From the NCBI RefSeq assembly GCF_006345805.1, contig NC_042997.1, positions 212,598,001 through 212,662,000 of the forward strand: 64,000 nucleotides of DNA. The letters run 5' to 3'. The notes under the pieces are model-generated. The model was given only the letters and a program-made list of their open reading frames with translations, was not told the DNA's origin and made no database searches. Below, piece after piece: positions 38,244-50,372 of this stretch (position 1 is its first letter; each line of letters begins with the position of its first letter). The stretch comes from Octopus sinensis (Eukaryota). The position numbers and the translations under genes are program-made.

Positions 38244-38638
38244 CTAGCAGTATCGCCCGGCGTTGCTCGGGTTTGTAAGGGAAATAATTATATAAGCATT
38301 TTTAGAGATGTAAAGTATAATAGCCATCTCAATATGGCTAACCACAAAGGGGGAGGGGTGTTACTGTATCTTTTTACGTTCTGAGACTTAATAATAAATT
38401 TTAGAGAGTTACTTCCCTTATATATGTCAAAAATGGATTAAAAATAGGAAAAATTGATGGTAAATTTTTTTTTAAATCGTAGACTCATTGTAGACGCGCG
38501 CTAATACCCAGACGGTCTCGATATGAATCACGACTATAAGATACCCAGTTTTGGTTAAACTGCACCGCAAAATGTGGGAGTAGTTAGGAATCTAAATCGT
38601 AGGAGACAGACACACAACCTCACTTTTATATATAAAGA
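38244..38638 (-). mobile_element. non-autonomous Helitron (copy 2) with a captured insert
   Basis: A|TC at 38638, hairpin cccgagcaacgccggg, CTAG|T at 38244. Collinear with 8921-9318 except at about 38308-38398. Confidence 0.88.
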
Positions 38639-38796
38639 TTTCCTCTATTTACATAATATTGAGGTCTCTTTCTTTCTTTTGTTATCTTACTGTTTTTACC
38701 AATATACATATATATATATAAATATATATATAGTTACAGAGATGTACTTGCATAGCAAGTGACTTGATGTGAGATCGTGTGCTGGAACAAAAACAG

Positions 38797-39055
38797 TTGC
38801 AGCGTTGAAGGTGTTTATAAGCCATTTAAGAAACACACAAAAACCGTTAGATTCACTTCAACATTTAAATTTAATTTGTCAAAATATTTTCGTCGCTTTG
38901 AGACCGTGACCTGTTAGCACGATATTTTTGTCAGTGAACAGGTCGCGGTCTCAAAGCGACGAAAATATTTTGGCAAATTAAATTTAAATGTTGAAGTGAA
39001 TGTAACGGTTTTTGTGTGTTTCTTAAATGGCTTACAAACACCTTCCACACTGCAA
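38797..39055. repeat. long palindrome with 119-bp arms and a 21-nt spacer, probably PLE pseudo-LTR derived
   Basis: 38797-38915 is the near-perfect reverse complement of 38937-39055. Confidence 0.92.
38927..38977 (+). ncRNA. candidate minimal hammerhead with G3-C8 core variant
   Basis: Stem I UUUGUCA/UGGCAAA; core GUGAACA plus one extra G; stem II GUCGC/GCGAC; GAAA; palindromic stem III AAUAUU; UUU site after 38970. Confidence 0.55.
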
Positions 39056-39119
39056 TATATATATACACACATATATATATATGTATGTATGTATGTATGT
39101 GTGTATATGTGTATGCATG

Positions 39120-39350
39120 TATGTGTGTGTGTGTGCGTGTCTGTGCTTGTGATTGTCCTCCACCACTGCTTGACAACGAATGTTGGTTTGTTTACATCCC
39201 TGTCACCTAGTGGTTTGACAAAGGAAACAGATAGAATAAGTACAATGCTTACAAAAATAAAAGTGGAGTTGATTCATTAAACTACAATTCTTCAAGGCAT
39301 TGCCCCAGCATGGCCACAGACCAATGGCTGGAAAAAGCAGAAGAATAAAA
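39120..39350 (+). mobile_element. SINE family A, diverged 3' half
   Basis: gcttgacaacgaatgttggtttgtttacatccc...gatagaataagtac...ccagcatggccacag. Confidence 0.75.
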
Positions 39351-39420
39351 GAATACATTCTCTGCTTTGGTCTTATGTTCAAGGCATGAGAAAGCTTGAG
39401 TTTACATGAGAAGGCCTAAC

Positions 39421-39680
39421 AGACCTGGTAGAAACAGCAGCCAAATCTCCCTCAAATCACACCTTACTGTCTTATGTATGTATATATATATGAGCCAATG
39501 AGGGGGACCTCTACATGGTAGCTAGACCTGGTAGAAATAGCAGCCAAATTTCCCTCAAATCACACCTTACTGTCTTATCTATGTATATATGTATGAGCCT
39601 ATGAGGGAGACCCCTACATGGCAGCTAGACATGGTAGAAATAGCAGCCAAATCTCCCTCAAATCACACCTAACTGTCTTA
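39421..39680. repeat. tandem repeat, 103-bp period, about 2.5 copies
   Basis: The agac(c/a)tggtagaaa(c/t)agcagccaaat(c/t)tccctcaaatcacacc unit starts at 39421, 39524 and 39627. The same motif is seen singly near 3590, 22055 and 44200. Confidence 0.85.
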
Positions 39681-39914
39681 TCTTTCTGCTACTTGGTGTT
39701 ATATTCGTCGTAAAAAACTTTCCTGTCACACACTCACGCACATGCACACACACACACACACACGCACCCTCACACACACACACACGTGCACACCCACACA
39801 CACCCACTCACACACACGCACGTTAGCTTACAATTTTATTTATATATTTGCGTGTCTATGTGTGGAAAGAGGAAGTGGGAGGCAGAGTGAAAGAATCACT
39901 CACTACAGTAAGTG

Positions 39915-40187
39915 AATTAGTTTCATTTTATTCGTTGCCCACTGTGTGTGTGCGTTTGCGTGTGGTGTAAACCAGACTAAGAAAAGCATTTGACACACAC
40001 ACCAGAATGTGAGTTTTCTGTAAATTTTGCTTAATTGGAGTTTAAATTTTAAAAACTGGACCTGGCATGACGCGATGCATTGTACTCTTAAAAATGGTAG
40101 GTAAATTGTAATTGAAGAAATCCTATATTGTAGATTTGTATAACTCCCAAAGGGAGGCAGATAAAATCTGCCTTTTATAATAAGAGA
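39915..40187 (-). mobile_element. unclassified repeat with Helitron-like A|TC 5' end (copy 2)
   Basis: Reverse complement of 7703-7975. Confidence 0.55.
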
Positions 40188-40369
40188 TATTCACTGCACA
40201 ACCATAGAACTGTTCTGTAGATCTTGGGAAAGTATGGCATTTTGCTTTTGTGTGGTTCTAATCTGTTGACAAAATTTGACTTAATATATGAGTAAAGTAC
40301 CTTGTGGTATTAGTTTCTCTAAGTACATACACGTGTGTGTGTGTGTGTGTGTGTATATGATGACAGATA

Positions 40370-40580
40370 CTGGTGTCACGCAAATAGCACCCATGCTGGT
40401 AGCACATAAAAGCACTCATTACACTTTCAGAGTTATTGACATTAGGAAGGGCATCCAGCCATAGAAAACCATGCCAAATCAGACTGGAGTCTGGTGCAGC
40501 CATCCAACTTTCCAGCCCTGGTCAAACCTTCCGACCCATGTCAGCATAGACAACGGACATTAAATGATGATGTTGATGAT
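40370..40580 (+). mobile_element. RTE LINE 3' UTR fragment
   Basis: attaggaagggcatccagccatagaaaacc...ggacattaaatgatgatg. Confidence 0.8.
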
Positions 40581-41194
40581 ATATATTTATATATATTCTT
40601 TTATTTGTTTCAGTGACCAAAAGTTGTGCGTATGTACATGTTTTCTGTTCTCTAGTCCAAAAAATAGGGAGTGACCATGTTGCCTCTCTGAATGGAAGAA
40701 GATGTGATAAGCATTACTGAGCCAAGGGGCCAATCTTTCTAAAAACTTCACACAATCTAATTGCTTTCCTGAACTCAAAATGCAAAATATTTGGTGGCTG
40801 CCCTCATGATATAAAATGCATTTTGGTGATGCTCTGACTCAGAGCTATTTGATATATAGAATATATTCGCATTCAAACTGCCACAACTCATTGTATTAGG
40901 GAGCATGTTCATTGATTGCAATAGAGGAAATCCTATGTGACACATTTGTATTTAGGGTTGTATGAGTGTTGACTGATATAAGAGAAGAGATGCTTTATGT
41001 TGTGTGCGCAGGTAATATAAGTTGACATCCAAGACTAGAGCGAGTCTTATGGTGATTTTAAATCCCAGTTCTCTGAAGAACTAGCAGCATTCAGGATTTT
41101 GAGTTGAGACATAATCTGTCAGCAGTTTCAATTCAATAAGGTTTTGCTTTATTTGTGTTAATATTCAATCATAAATTGCCCTGATTTGTTGTAT

Positions 41195-41350
41195 CTCACT
41201 ACTCTCGGAGTGGTTGGCGTTAGGAAGGGCATCAAGCTGTAGAAACTCTGCCAGATCAGATTGGAGTCTGGTTCACCAACCCTCAGTCAAATCGTCCAAC
41301 CCATGCTAGCATGGAAAGCGGACATTAAATGATGATGATGATGATGATGT
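41195..41350 (+). mobile_element. RTE LINE 3' end fragment
   Basis: Family 3' end and GAT tail. Confidence 0.85.
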
Positions 41351-42042
41351 ATGCATGTGTGTGTGTTTGTGTCTCTTTGTCTTCAAACACACACACACAC
41401 ACACAAGATGAGCCTTTTTTCAGTTTCCTTTAACCAGATCATTTCACAAAGCCTTCGTCTACCTGGGACTACATTAGAACTCACAGCTACATATGCCAAG
41501 ACTTGATTCATGGATATTATCTCATCAGCTTCCTTCAATCCCTTTTCCCCTTTCACATGTGGTCCTATTATTTTTGAATTCCAAGATTTTCATAGCTTAA
41601 TAATCTTTTCGATGCCATTCACCCTTATAATCTGATCAAAGACATTTAATTCTTTGTTTTCTAATCAATATTCACAGGTTTCACTTACTGCACTATCGAT
41701 CTGTTTGTTCTTATATCCACCCAAGATATTTTCAATATTCTTCTCCCATTCCACGTTTTGGAGGCATCAATTTTCCTTCTAATTTCTTTGTTAATTGTTC
41801 AATTTTCACTTCCATCAATGACCATTCCATTGATTTTAATAATCTCTCTTTCTGTTCTTTGCCACAGTCTTTTAGCTTTCAGCTTTTCCTCTTGTCTCCT
41901 CACAGCCATCTTACCAACAGAGATTCCTCTTAGAAGTTCTTTTGAACAACTCCCACCACATTCAGCTTTCGATTCAAGAAACGTAACCACAAGAGCTGCC
42001 ACCATAGAAATCTTTAAAGATATTTGCCTGAAGCAGTCAATC

Positions 42043-42078
<36 letters not shown>

Positions 42079-42089
42079 TGTACACAAAT

Positions 42090-42465
42090 GGGAATGGAAG
42101 CACTCTGTCGGTTATGACGATGAGGGTTCCGGTTGATCCGAATCAACGGAACAGCCTGCTCGTGAAATTAACGTGTAAGTGGCTGAGCACTCCACAGACA
42201 CGTGTACCCTTAACGTAGTTCTCGGGGATATTCAGCGTGCCACAGAGAGTGACAAGGCCGGCCCATTGAAATACAGGTACAACAGAAACAGGAAGTAAGA
42301 GTGAGAGAAAGTTGTGGTGAAAGAGTACAGCAGGGATCACCACCATCCCCTGCCAGAGCCTCGTGGAGCTTTGGGTTTTTTTGCTCAATAAACACTCACA
42401 ACGCCCGGTCTGGGAATCGAAACCGCGAGTCCGCTGCCCTAACCACTGGACCATTGCGCCTCCAC
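42090..42465 (-). mobile_element. SINE family B, tail type 1
   Basis: TSD ctgtacacaaat at 42078-42089 and 42466-42477. Confidence 0.92.
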
Positions 42466-43132
42466 CTGTACACAAATATGTGTATAGACACATACATGTA
42501 CACACATATACATGCATACACACATACACACATATACATACATGCACATGCATATATATGAATTGCCCCACACTCCCTTGAAAGTCTTTGTTTCATCTTG
42601 TGACCCCGTGTGGCCCTTGTTCTCATCAATTTCCTGTCCTTCGGCACTTTCTTTACAATTCAAATACAGAGCATTCTTTAATACATTTCAACTGAAGGGC
42701 TCCAATTTCTAAGACCCAGAGTTACTCGTTTCCGAGTCCTGGCTGGGAAACTGAGCCGGATTGCTTTCTTTTGAATGTCCCCCACCTGAATAGTTTTTGA
42801 AATATGAAATGTAAGTTTGAAGGAAACATCTTTGCGTTCTTTCATTTAGAAACCTTTGTGAACAACACAGGCAAAAGCAGCCACTTCAAGATATATGTAC
42901 ACACTGTCTACTTGTTTTGGCCATTGAAATGTGGCCATGCTTGAGCACTACCTCAAAGGGTGTGGTCGTACAAACTGACCCTAGTACTTATAAAATAACA
43001 TAGCGCTTCAGGTTTAAGAATCTTGTTTGTAAGATACAGAACTTTGTGTGAAAAACAGTTGTCTACTTGCACCATTATACATGCAATTGTGTTTTATGTG
43101 TATGTTTGTATATAAGTGGCAGTAGTTGGGCA

Positions 43133-43164
<32 letters not shown>

Positions 43165-43165
<1 letters not shown>

Positions 43166-43550
43166 CTCTTTTACTTGCTTCAGTCATTTGACTGCGGCCA
43201 TGCTGGAGCACCGCCTTTAGTCGAGCAAATCGACCCCAGGACTTATTCTTTGTAAGCCCAGTACTTATTCTATCGGTCTCTTTTGCCGAACTGCTAAGTG
43301 ACGGGGATGTGAACACACCAGCATCGGTTGTCAAGCAATGCTAGGGGGACAAACACAAACATACACACACACATATATATACATATATACGACAGGCTTC
43401 TTTCAGTTTCCGTCTACCAAATCCACTCACAAGGCATTGGTCGGCCCGGGGCTATAGCAGAAGACACTTGCCCAAGATGCCACGGAGTGGGACTGAACCC
43501 GGAACCATGTGGTTGTTAAGCAAGTTACTTACCACACAGCCACTCCTGTG
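43165..43550 (-). mobile_element. SINE family A
   Basis: Full-length copy. Confidence 0.92.
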
Positions 43551-44401
43551 ATTATATATATATTTATAGGGAGAGTTTACGAAAAAAACAAAAGATGAAG
43601 ACAGGTGGTGTACAAAACAAACAGATGTATTAGTATAACACTCAGGAACACACACACACACACACACACACAAGCTCTTACACGTTAATAATGTCTCAAA
43701 TGACTTCAGGGTATCCAATATTTACCAAGCATAAACCAGACACTTTATTTGTCTTCACTTTGTTCTTCAAATTCCAATGAAATTCTTGTCCATCAGTATT
43801 TTGTTTTTGTTTTTGTTTTTTATTCTTCATTTCCTTCTAAACTCTTACAACTGGTTTCTTGTTTTCCCTCCCCCACCACTCCCCTCTCTCTTCCTGCCTT
43901 CCTTCTTCCCATTCTTTCATTCACCCTCCCCACACCTCTCCGCTACATCTATATTGTTCCAAGAATGCTGCCCAGTTCAAGAAAACGGTGTAGATAAAGC
44001 AAGATAACAATGTCAAGTCCTGCCCCCCCCCACGCCCATCCATTATGTTGTAAACAATATCGACAACAATGGAATGTATCTGCTCTTAAACATGAACTCC
44101 TATTGATTGGCCAAGTCTCTTGTCATTGACTCTCTCCGGACAATATTTACAGCAGACGAGCAGAGCAAGCTGTGTTGGATAAAGAGGCAGCCATTATGTT
44201 GTTGCTCCACAGCTTGGAAATAATAACCACATCCCTTAAAAATCACACCTTATCATCTTGGAACAATAAGGAACAATACACCAGATAAAAGTCTTATGGG
44301 TGTATATATATATATATATATATATCACCATCATCATATATATATATATATATATAAATGAAAGAATGGAGTCGAACGACGATTTAACAAAATTCCTTTA
44401 T

Positions 44402-44482
44402 TCTCAACATATGTTTCGAAGACTGCATATTCTTAATTCCGAAGGAATAAAGGGTGCATTATGCCGTCTTCTCATCAGGAAA
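44402..44482 (-). ncRNA. type I hammerhead ribozyme, canonical core
   Basis: Stem I UUUC/GAGA; core CUGAUGA (44478-44472); stem II GAAGAC/GUCUUC extended by GCAUA/UAUGC; GAAA; palindromic stem III CAUAUG; GUU site at 44408-44406. Confidence 0.8.
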
Positions 44483-44648
44483 GACAAGGAACTTATGTCT
44501 ATAGTAAAAAAACACACAAATTTCCACACGAAAGCACGTGATTTCTGCCCTTGGCATGTAGCTTCAACCGTGCTTTCTGACGTAAATTTGCTACCCGGGT
44601 ATCGGTTAACCGAATTATCCATACTAGGATAATTCATTCAACTACTTA

Positions 44649-44683
<35 letters not shown>

Positions 44684-44739
44684 ATAGAAATGGCAAGACA
44701 ACAAAAGAGACCTTAATATTATGTTTTAAGAGGAATTTA

Positions 44740-45040
44740 TCTGTAAATATATGTGACAATTATTTGGTAGCCATGGACATGTGCGCTTACGTGATTACTA
44801 TGAACATTTTTACTCCCCTACCTTTACTCCCCCCCTTACTTAGCGATCATTCTAAAAGCTCTTTTGTCTTAATAACGGTCAATCACACAATAATTTCCCT
44901 TTGTTTTAACGGTCATTTTCATAGCATTTTTTTCGATGGCCTGATAACTGAAGAGATACCGGCGTGGGTTTCCGTCCCAACAGCCGAAACTCAGAGTTTT
45001 ATCATGGCTACCGAATAATTGTCACATATTATATTTACAG

Positions 45041-45041
<1 letters not shown>
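44740..45041. mobile_element. short element bounded by 36-39 bp inverted repeats, probably PLE derived
   Basis: tctgtaaatatatgtgacaattatttggtagccatg (44740-44775) is inverted at 45003-45041. Confidence 0.65.
44942..45004 (+). ncRNA. candidate hammerhead ribozyme with imperfect stem II
   Basis: Stem I UGAUAA/UUAUCA; core CUGAAGA (44948-44954); GAAA (44986-44989); stem III ACUC-A-GAGU; GUU site after 44998. The base of stem II is poorly paired. Confidence 0.6.
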
Positions 45042-45075
<34 letters not shown>

Positions 45076-45608
45076 ATATAGCAAAAATTTAGATTCAGAT
45101 GAATATGGTACTTAAGTTGAGGCACCAGAATTTAGTATGGTATTATCCATGCAATTTGAAAGTAGGGTGATTAAAATCAAAACAAGTAACAAGGATATCA
45201 AGAGGTATTGCAGTACGATCATTTCATGCATCTCCATTTAATTGAACAATGCAATCATTTCATTACATCAATTTAAAATACAGAGCAATCTTCAGCCGCA
45301 CGAAGACATAGAATTTAATTAAATTAGAACAGATGGACACATTAGTATAATTATACCTAAAATCTCCAAGAAGTTAAGGAGATAGACAAAGAACATGCTG
45401 TCTCACTCCAGCATAGAAGTTACTAAGTTTTCAAGAAGATCTACATTGTTACAGACTCTGCCTGTCACTGATTTTTTTGTCTTTATGGGGTCAGTTTTAA
45501 TTTATAGACTAGTTTATCAAATTCCTTGTATATCTAAGGTTGAGAGAATATAGGGCAGTATGTGTTTGGGGTAGGGCTAAGGGAGCAGACAGATATCATA
45601 GTTGGTAT

Positions 45609-45820
45609 ACTCTTTTACTCTTTTACTTGTTTCAGTCATTTGACTGCAGCCATGCTGGAGCACCGCCTTTAGTCGAGCAAATCGACCCCGGGACTTATTC
45701 TTTGTAAGCCCAGTACTTATTCTATCGGTCTCTTTTGCCGAACCGCTAAATGATGGGGACGTAAACACACCAGCATCGGTTGTCAAGCAATGCTAGGGGG
45801 ACAAACACAGACACACAAAC

Positions 45821-45860
<40 letters not shown>

Positions 45861-46022
45861 GACAGGCTTCTTTCAGTTTCTGTCTACCAAATCCACTCAC
45901 AAGGCTTTGGTCGGTCCAAGGCTATAGTAGAAGACACTTGCCCAAGATGCCACACAGTGGAACTGAACCCGGAACCATGTGGTTGGTTAGCAAGCTACTT
46001 ACCACACAGCCACTCCTGTGCC
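45609..46022 (-). mobile_element. SINE family A
   Basis: Full-length copy. Confidence 0.92.
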
Positions 46023-46610
46023 TATAGTTGTAAAAATCAAGATTTATCATGAGATTTGGTAAAGGAAAACTTAAAACAAAATGTTAGCTGCCAATTAAGG
46101 GAGTCGGCCACTAGCAGACCCTTGATAATAAAATGGGAAGTTTTATCATGTAGAACTATAGTTAAATATTTGAAACAATGTTGCTATATTGTATAGAGTT
46201 AAAGTTTAGAGTTATTCAGAGGATTATCAAAAAGAATATTATAACAAAAGGATAGAAATTTGTGAATACTTTTGAGTATATACCAAACTTTTAGCACAAT
46301 TGAGGGAGGAAAAGAAATTATCCAGAAATAGTTTAATATTTATACATATTGTATACTTATATACTAACTCATCAGATGGTATCTGTGAATATTGATTAAT
46401 TGGTATATACTGGTATTAATAAAGGAGTATGCTAATTAGATATTAATAAAATTATAATCTAAGTAGTTTTTTTATAAGTTGTGAATATACCAATATAGTT
46501 TTATATAAGCTAAGTATGAATTTATAGAGATACAAAAATTAGATTAATTATATAAATAATAAAGGCTAATTACAAAATGATAAAGAAATGAAATAATATA
46601 ATCAAGTATA

Positions 46611-46781
46611 GACGTAGGAGTGGCTGTGTGGTAAGTAGCTTGCTTACGAACCACATGGTTCCGGGTTCAGTCCCACTGCATGGCATGTTGGGCAAGTGTC
46701 TTCTACTATAGCCTCGGGCCGACCAAAGCCTTGTAAGTGGATTTGGTAGACGGAAACTGAAAGAAGCTCGTCGTATATATG

Positions 46782-46812
<31 letters not shown>

Positions 46813-47046
46813 GTACATGTGTATGTGCATGTATATGTTTGTGTGTCTGTGTTTGTCCCCCAAAATCGCTTGACAACCGATGCTGGTGTGTTTACGTCCC
46901 TGTAAATTAGCGGTTTGGCAAAAAAGACCGATAGAATAATTACTAGGCTTACAAAGAATAAGTCCTGGGGTCGATTTGCTCGACTAAAGGCGGTGCTCCA
47001 GCATGGCCGCAGTCAAATGACTGAAACAAGTAAAAGAGTAAAGAGT
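46611..47046 (+). mobile_element. SINE family A
   Basis: Full-length copy. Confidence 0.92.
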
Positions 47047-47770
47047 AGGGCAGAACACCATAGAAAAGGAAACAAAATAGCTTAATTACTAATACTATGG
47101 TAAAGTATATGTAGCTTATTAACACCAATAGAGAAGATTTTTAGAAAAAGTATAATAATTCAAAATATATTAGACTGAAAATTTTGTATTTACTTATTTA
47201 GCTAGTATCAATAAAAGACTGATATCTGGTAACAGCTAAAGGAATATTTAAGTTATGGAACATTCATATTTTTTTAAAAACGACTAAGGGTTATATTATA
47301 AGTTTCTTTTTTTTAAATATTTAAAAAAAAAAACTAAGGGTTATATTATAGGTTTAAGAAGTTATTATTGTTACTCCCTATATGATATTTATAGTTTCTT
47401 AGTGCTATTTGTTTAGAAGGGATATTTATATAAGGGTCCTTATAGATACTAAGATCAGGAGGGTAGAGCCATTTAAGAAAGAGATAAATCAAGTAATTTC
47501 TAAAGATCATTTCAAACAATATTGTCTTATTGTATATAAAGTTAAAATTTAGGGTAATCAAGAAGATTATTAAGAATGAAATTTTAACAAAAAGATAAAA
47601 CTTCTTTGAATATTTTGAGTAGATACCAAATTTTTGCAAAAAAATAGTTTAATATTTATTTACTTATTACTTATCTAAATATTAACTTATTATGCAGTTT
47701 CTATGGAGATTGATCAATTGGATTTAACTGGTATTTAATAAGGGAGCAACTGAGGTTAAAAAACATGTCA

Positions 47771-48188
47771 ACTCTCTCTTTACTCTTTACTCTTTTACTT
47801 GTTTCAGTCATTTGACTGTGGCCATGCTGGAGCACCGCCTTTAGTTGAGCAAATCGACCCCGGGACTTATTCTTTGTAAGCCCAGTACTTATTCTATCAT
47901 TCTCTTTTGCCGAACCGCTAAGTGACGGGGATGTAAACACACCAGCATCGGTTGTCAAGCAATGCTAGGGGGACAAACACAGACACACAAACATATACAC
48001 ACACACTTATATATATACATATATACGACAGGCTTCTTTCAGTTTCCGTCTACCAAATCCACTCACAAAGCATTGGTCGGCCTGAGGCAATAGCAGAAGA
48101 CACTTGCCCAAGATGCCACGCAGTGGGACTGAACCCGGAACCATGTGGTTGGTTAGCAAGCTACTTACCACACAGCCACTCCTGCGCC
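47771..48188 (-). mobile_element. SINE family A
   Basis: Full-length copy. Confidence 0.92.
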
Positions 48189-48333
48189 TATATACTGATT
48201 TAATTAAATTGAACTAATTTTTAAGTTGTGGAGATACCAGTATTACCTTATATAAGCTGAGTACAAATTAATAGGGGTACAAAGATTAGATATATTTAAG
48301 GCTATTATCTATTATAAAATAATAATAATAATG

Positions 48334-48385
<52 letters not shown>

Positions 48386-48414
48386 TAATAATAATGATAA
48401 TAATAATCATCATC

Positions 48415-48500
48415 ATCATCATCGTCATTTAGCGTCCGCTTTCCATGCTAGCATGGGTTGGACGGTTCAACTGGGGTCTGTGAAGCTGGAAGGCTTCGTC
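48415..48500 (-). mobile_element. RTE LINE extreme 3' end within a (TAA)n tract
   Basis: (cat)n followed by ttagcgtccgctttccatgctagcatggg. Confidence 0.8.
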
Positions 48501-49520
48501 AAATAATAATAATGATAATAATAATAAAATGATCATAGAAAAGGAATTAAAACAGCTTAATCACTAAAAACCATAATAAAATATCCATACCTTATTAACT
48601 TCAATAGCAAGTAATTATAGAAAATGTATAATAATTTAAGTATTATGAACTAAAAATTGTTAATTAACTTATTTAGCTTATTATAATCAGGACTGAAACC
48701 TGGTATTGGTTAAAAGAATAATTGTTGTTAAAAGGACAAGGTAATCATACTAATACTAATATTAAATTAAGAGGTATAATATAGATTTTAAAAGTTATTT
48801 GTGTTAATCCATAAATGATATTACAATTTCTTAGGGGTACTTAATTAGAAGGGCTGTTTGTATAAAGCCAATATAAATACCAAAATTAAGAGGACAGAAC
48901 ACTTTAAGAAAGGGATAAAAAACTTAGTTACTAAAACTATTTTAAACAATATGTCATTATTGTATAAAGTTAAAATTTAGGGTTATCAGGAAGATTTATC
49001 ATTGAAGTGAGAGAACAAAATTTACTATAAATTAGTTAAATTATAATCTAAGCAGTTTAATTTTAAGTTGTGAAGATACCCGTATTGTTTTTTATAAGCT
49101 AAGTATGCATTTATAGGGGTACAAAAATTTAGGTTTGTCTAAAGGCAATTATAAAGTATTAAAATGATCGGGTAGGGTAGAAACACCTTAGAAAAGGATA
49201 TGAAATAGCTTAATCATTAAAATCATGATGAAGTACATATACACCTGAGTAACTTCAATAGAGAAGATTTATAGAAAATATGCAATAATTCAAGTATTTA
49301 AAACTAAAAATTGCTTATTCACTTAATTAGCCTGTGTCTATAATCATCAATATCCAGTATTAACGAAAGGAAAAATTAATGCTGTAGGGCATGCTACCTA
49401 TGCACTGATTTTCAACTAAGAAGTACATTATAGGTTTTAAAACCCAAGATCAATAAAGTGCTACTTTCTAAAATATTTGAAGGTACGGGTGGTACTATGT
49501 ACACATGATACCCTAAGGAC

Positions 49521-49900
49521 TTATTGATTATTAATCAGGTTGCCATTATGCTTAAAAATTTCATATGTTTCCAAAGAGCAAAGCTCACACCCATAACAGC
49601 TATTTCTATAAGGCTGAGCTTTTCTTACTATTTCCCATTTGAGGCTAAACCCAATTCCACTTTCTTTCAATTCCCAAATCTTACTGGATAATGATGTACA
49701 ATTCGCCTTATGCTTAAGTTTAAAGGATGACACATGATTGTATATACGCTGTTTCAAATTAATCAAACAACCAAAGTAAATATAATTATTAGTTGTAGTT
49801 ATTATTGTGCATTTATATACTACGTTCTGGGTAAGACATTGGCCTAATAACAGACATTGGGATTTAACTCTACAATTGCAACTAGGAAAATTATTATTAT
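49521..49900 (-). pseudogene. Penelope-like element GIY-YIG endonuclease remnant
   Basis: ORF reads CNCRVKSQCLLLGQCLTQNVVYKC...YIYFG...KQRIYNHVSSF...TSLSSKIWELKE...LKWEIVRKAQPY...CELCSLE, the PLE GIY-YIG with Cys/His motif. Confidence 0.9.
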
Positions 49901-50199
49901 TAATATTATTATTATTAAGATTTAAATTATTATTTTTATTGTTAATATTTTCGCTATTAATAATTATATTATCAAGTATGTTATGTTCATGTCTGTTATT
50001 TTCTAACTCCACTTCAATCATATTATCATATAAAATCGCCTCTGCATCATCAGGCATACAAGTAGTTTCCATGCCTGTATATGTACTGGAACTACAATTC
50101 CTACTGTTTTTATTAGAAGTGACACCACTATTCCTTCAATTCACCCCATCATCACCAATACTACTATTTTCATTTTGGGGGTTTAAGTTATAGTTGACA

Positions 50200-50277
50200 G
50201 TACTATTATTATTATTATTATTATTATTAATATAATTATTATTATTGCTATTGTTATTATTGTTATAATTATTATTA

Positions 50278-50342
<65 letters not shown>

Positions 50343-50372
50343 AATAATAATAATAATAATATTGATAATAAT
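50200..50372. repeat. (TAA/TTA)n microsatellite
   Basis: Read directly from the sequence. Confidence 0.95.

Larger units (their letters stand above)
46250..49450. repeat. old, diverged tandem triplication of an AT-rich unit of about 0.65-0.9 kb
   Basis: Shared anchors in the same order: taagttgtg at 46475, 48222 and 49064; agaaaagga near 47065, 48537 and 49190; taaagttaaaatttagggt near 47537 and 48964. Confidence 0.75.
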
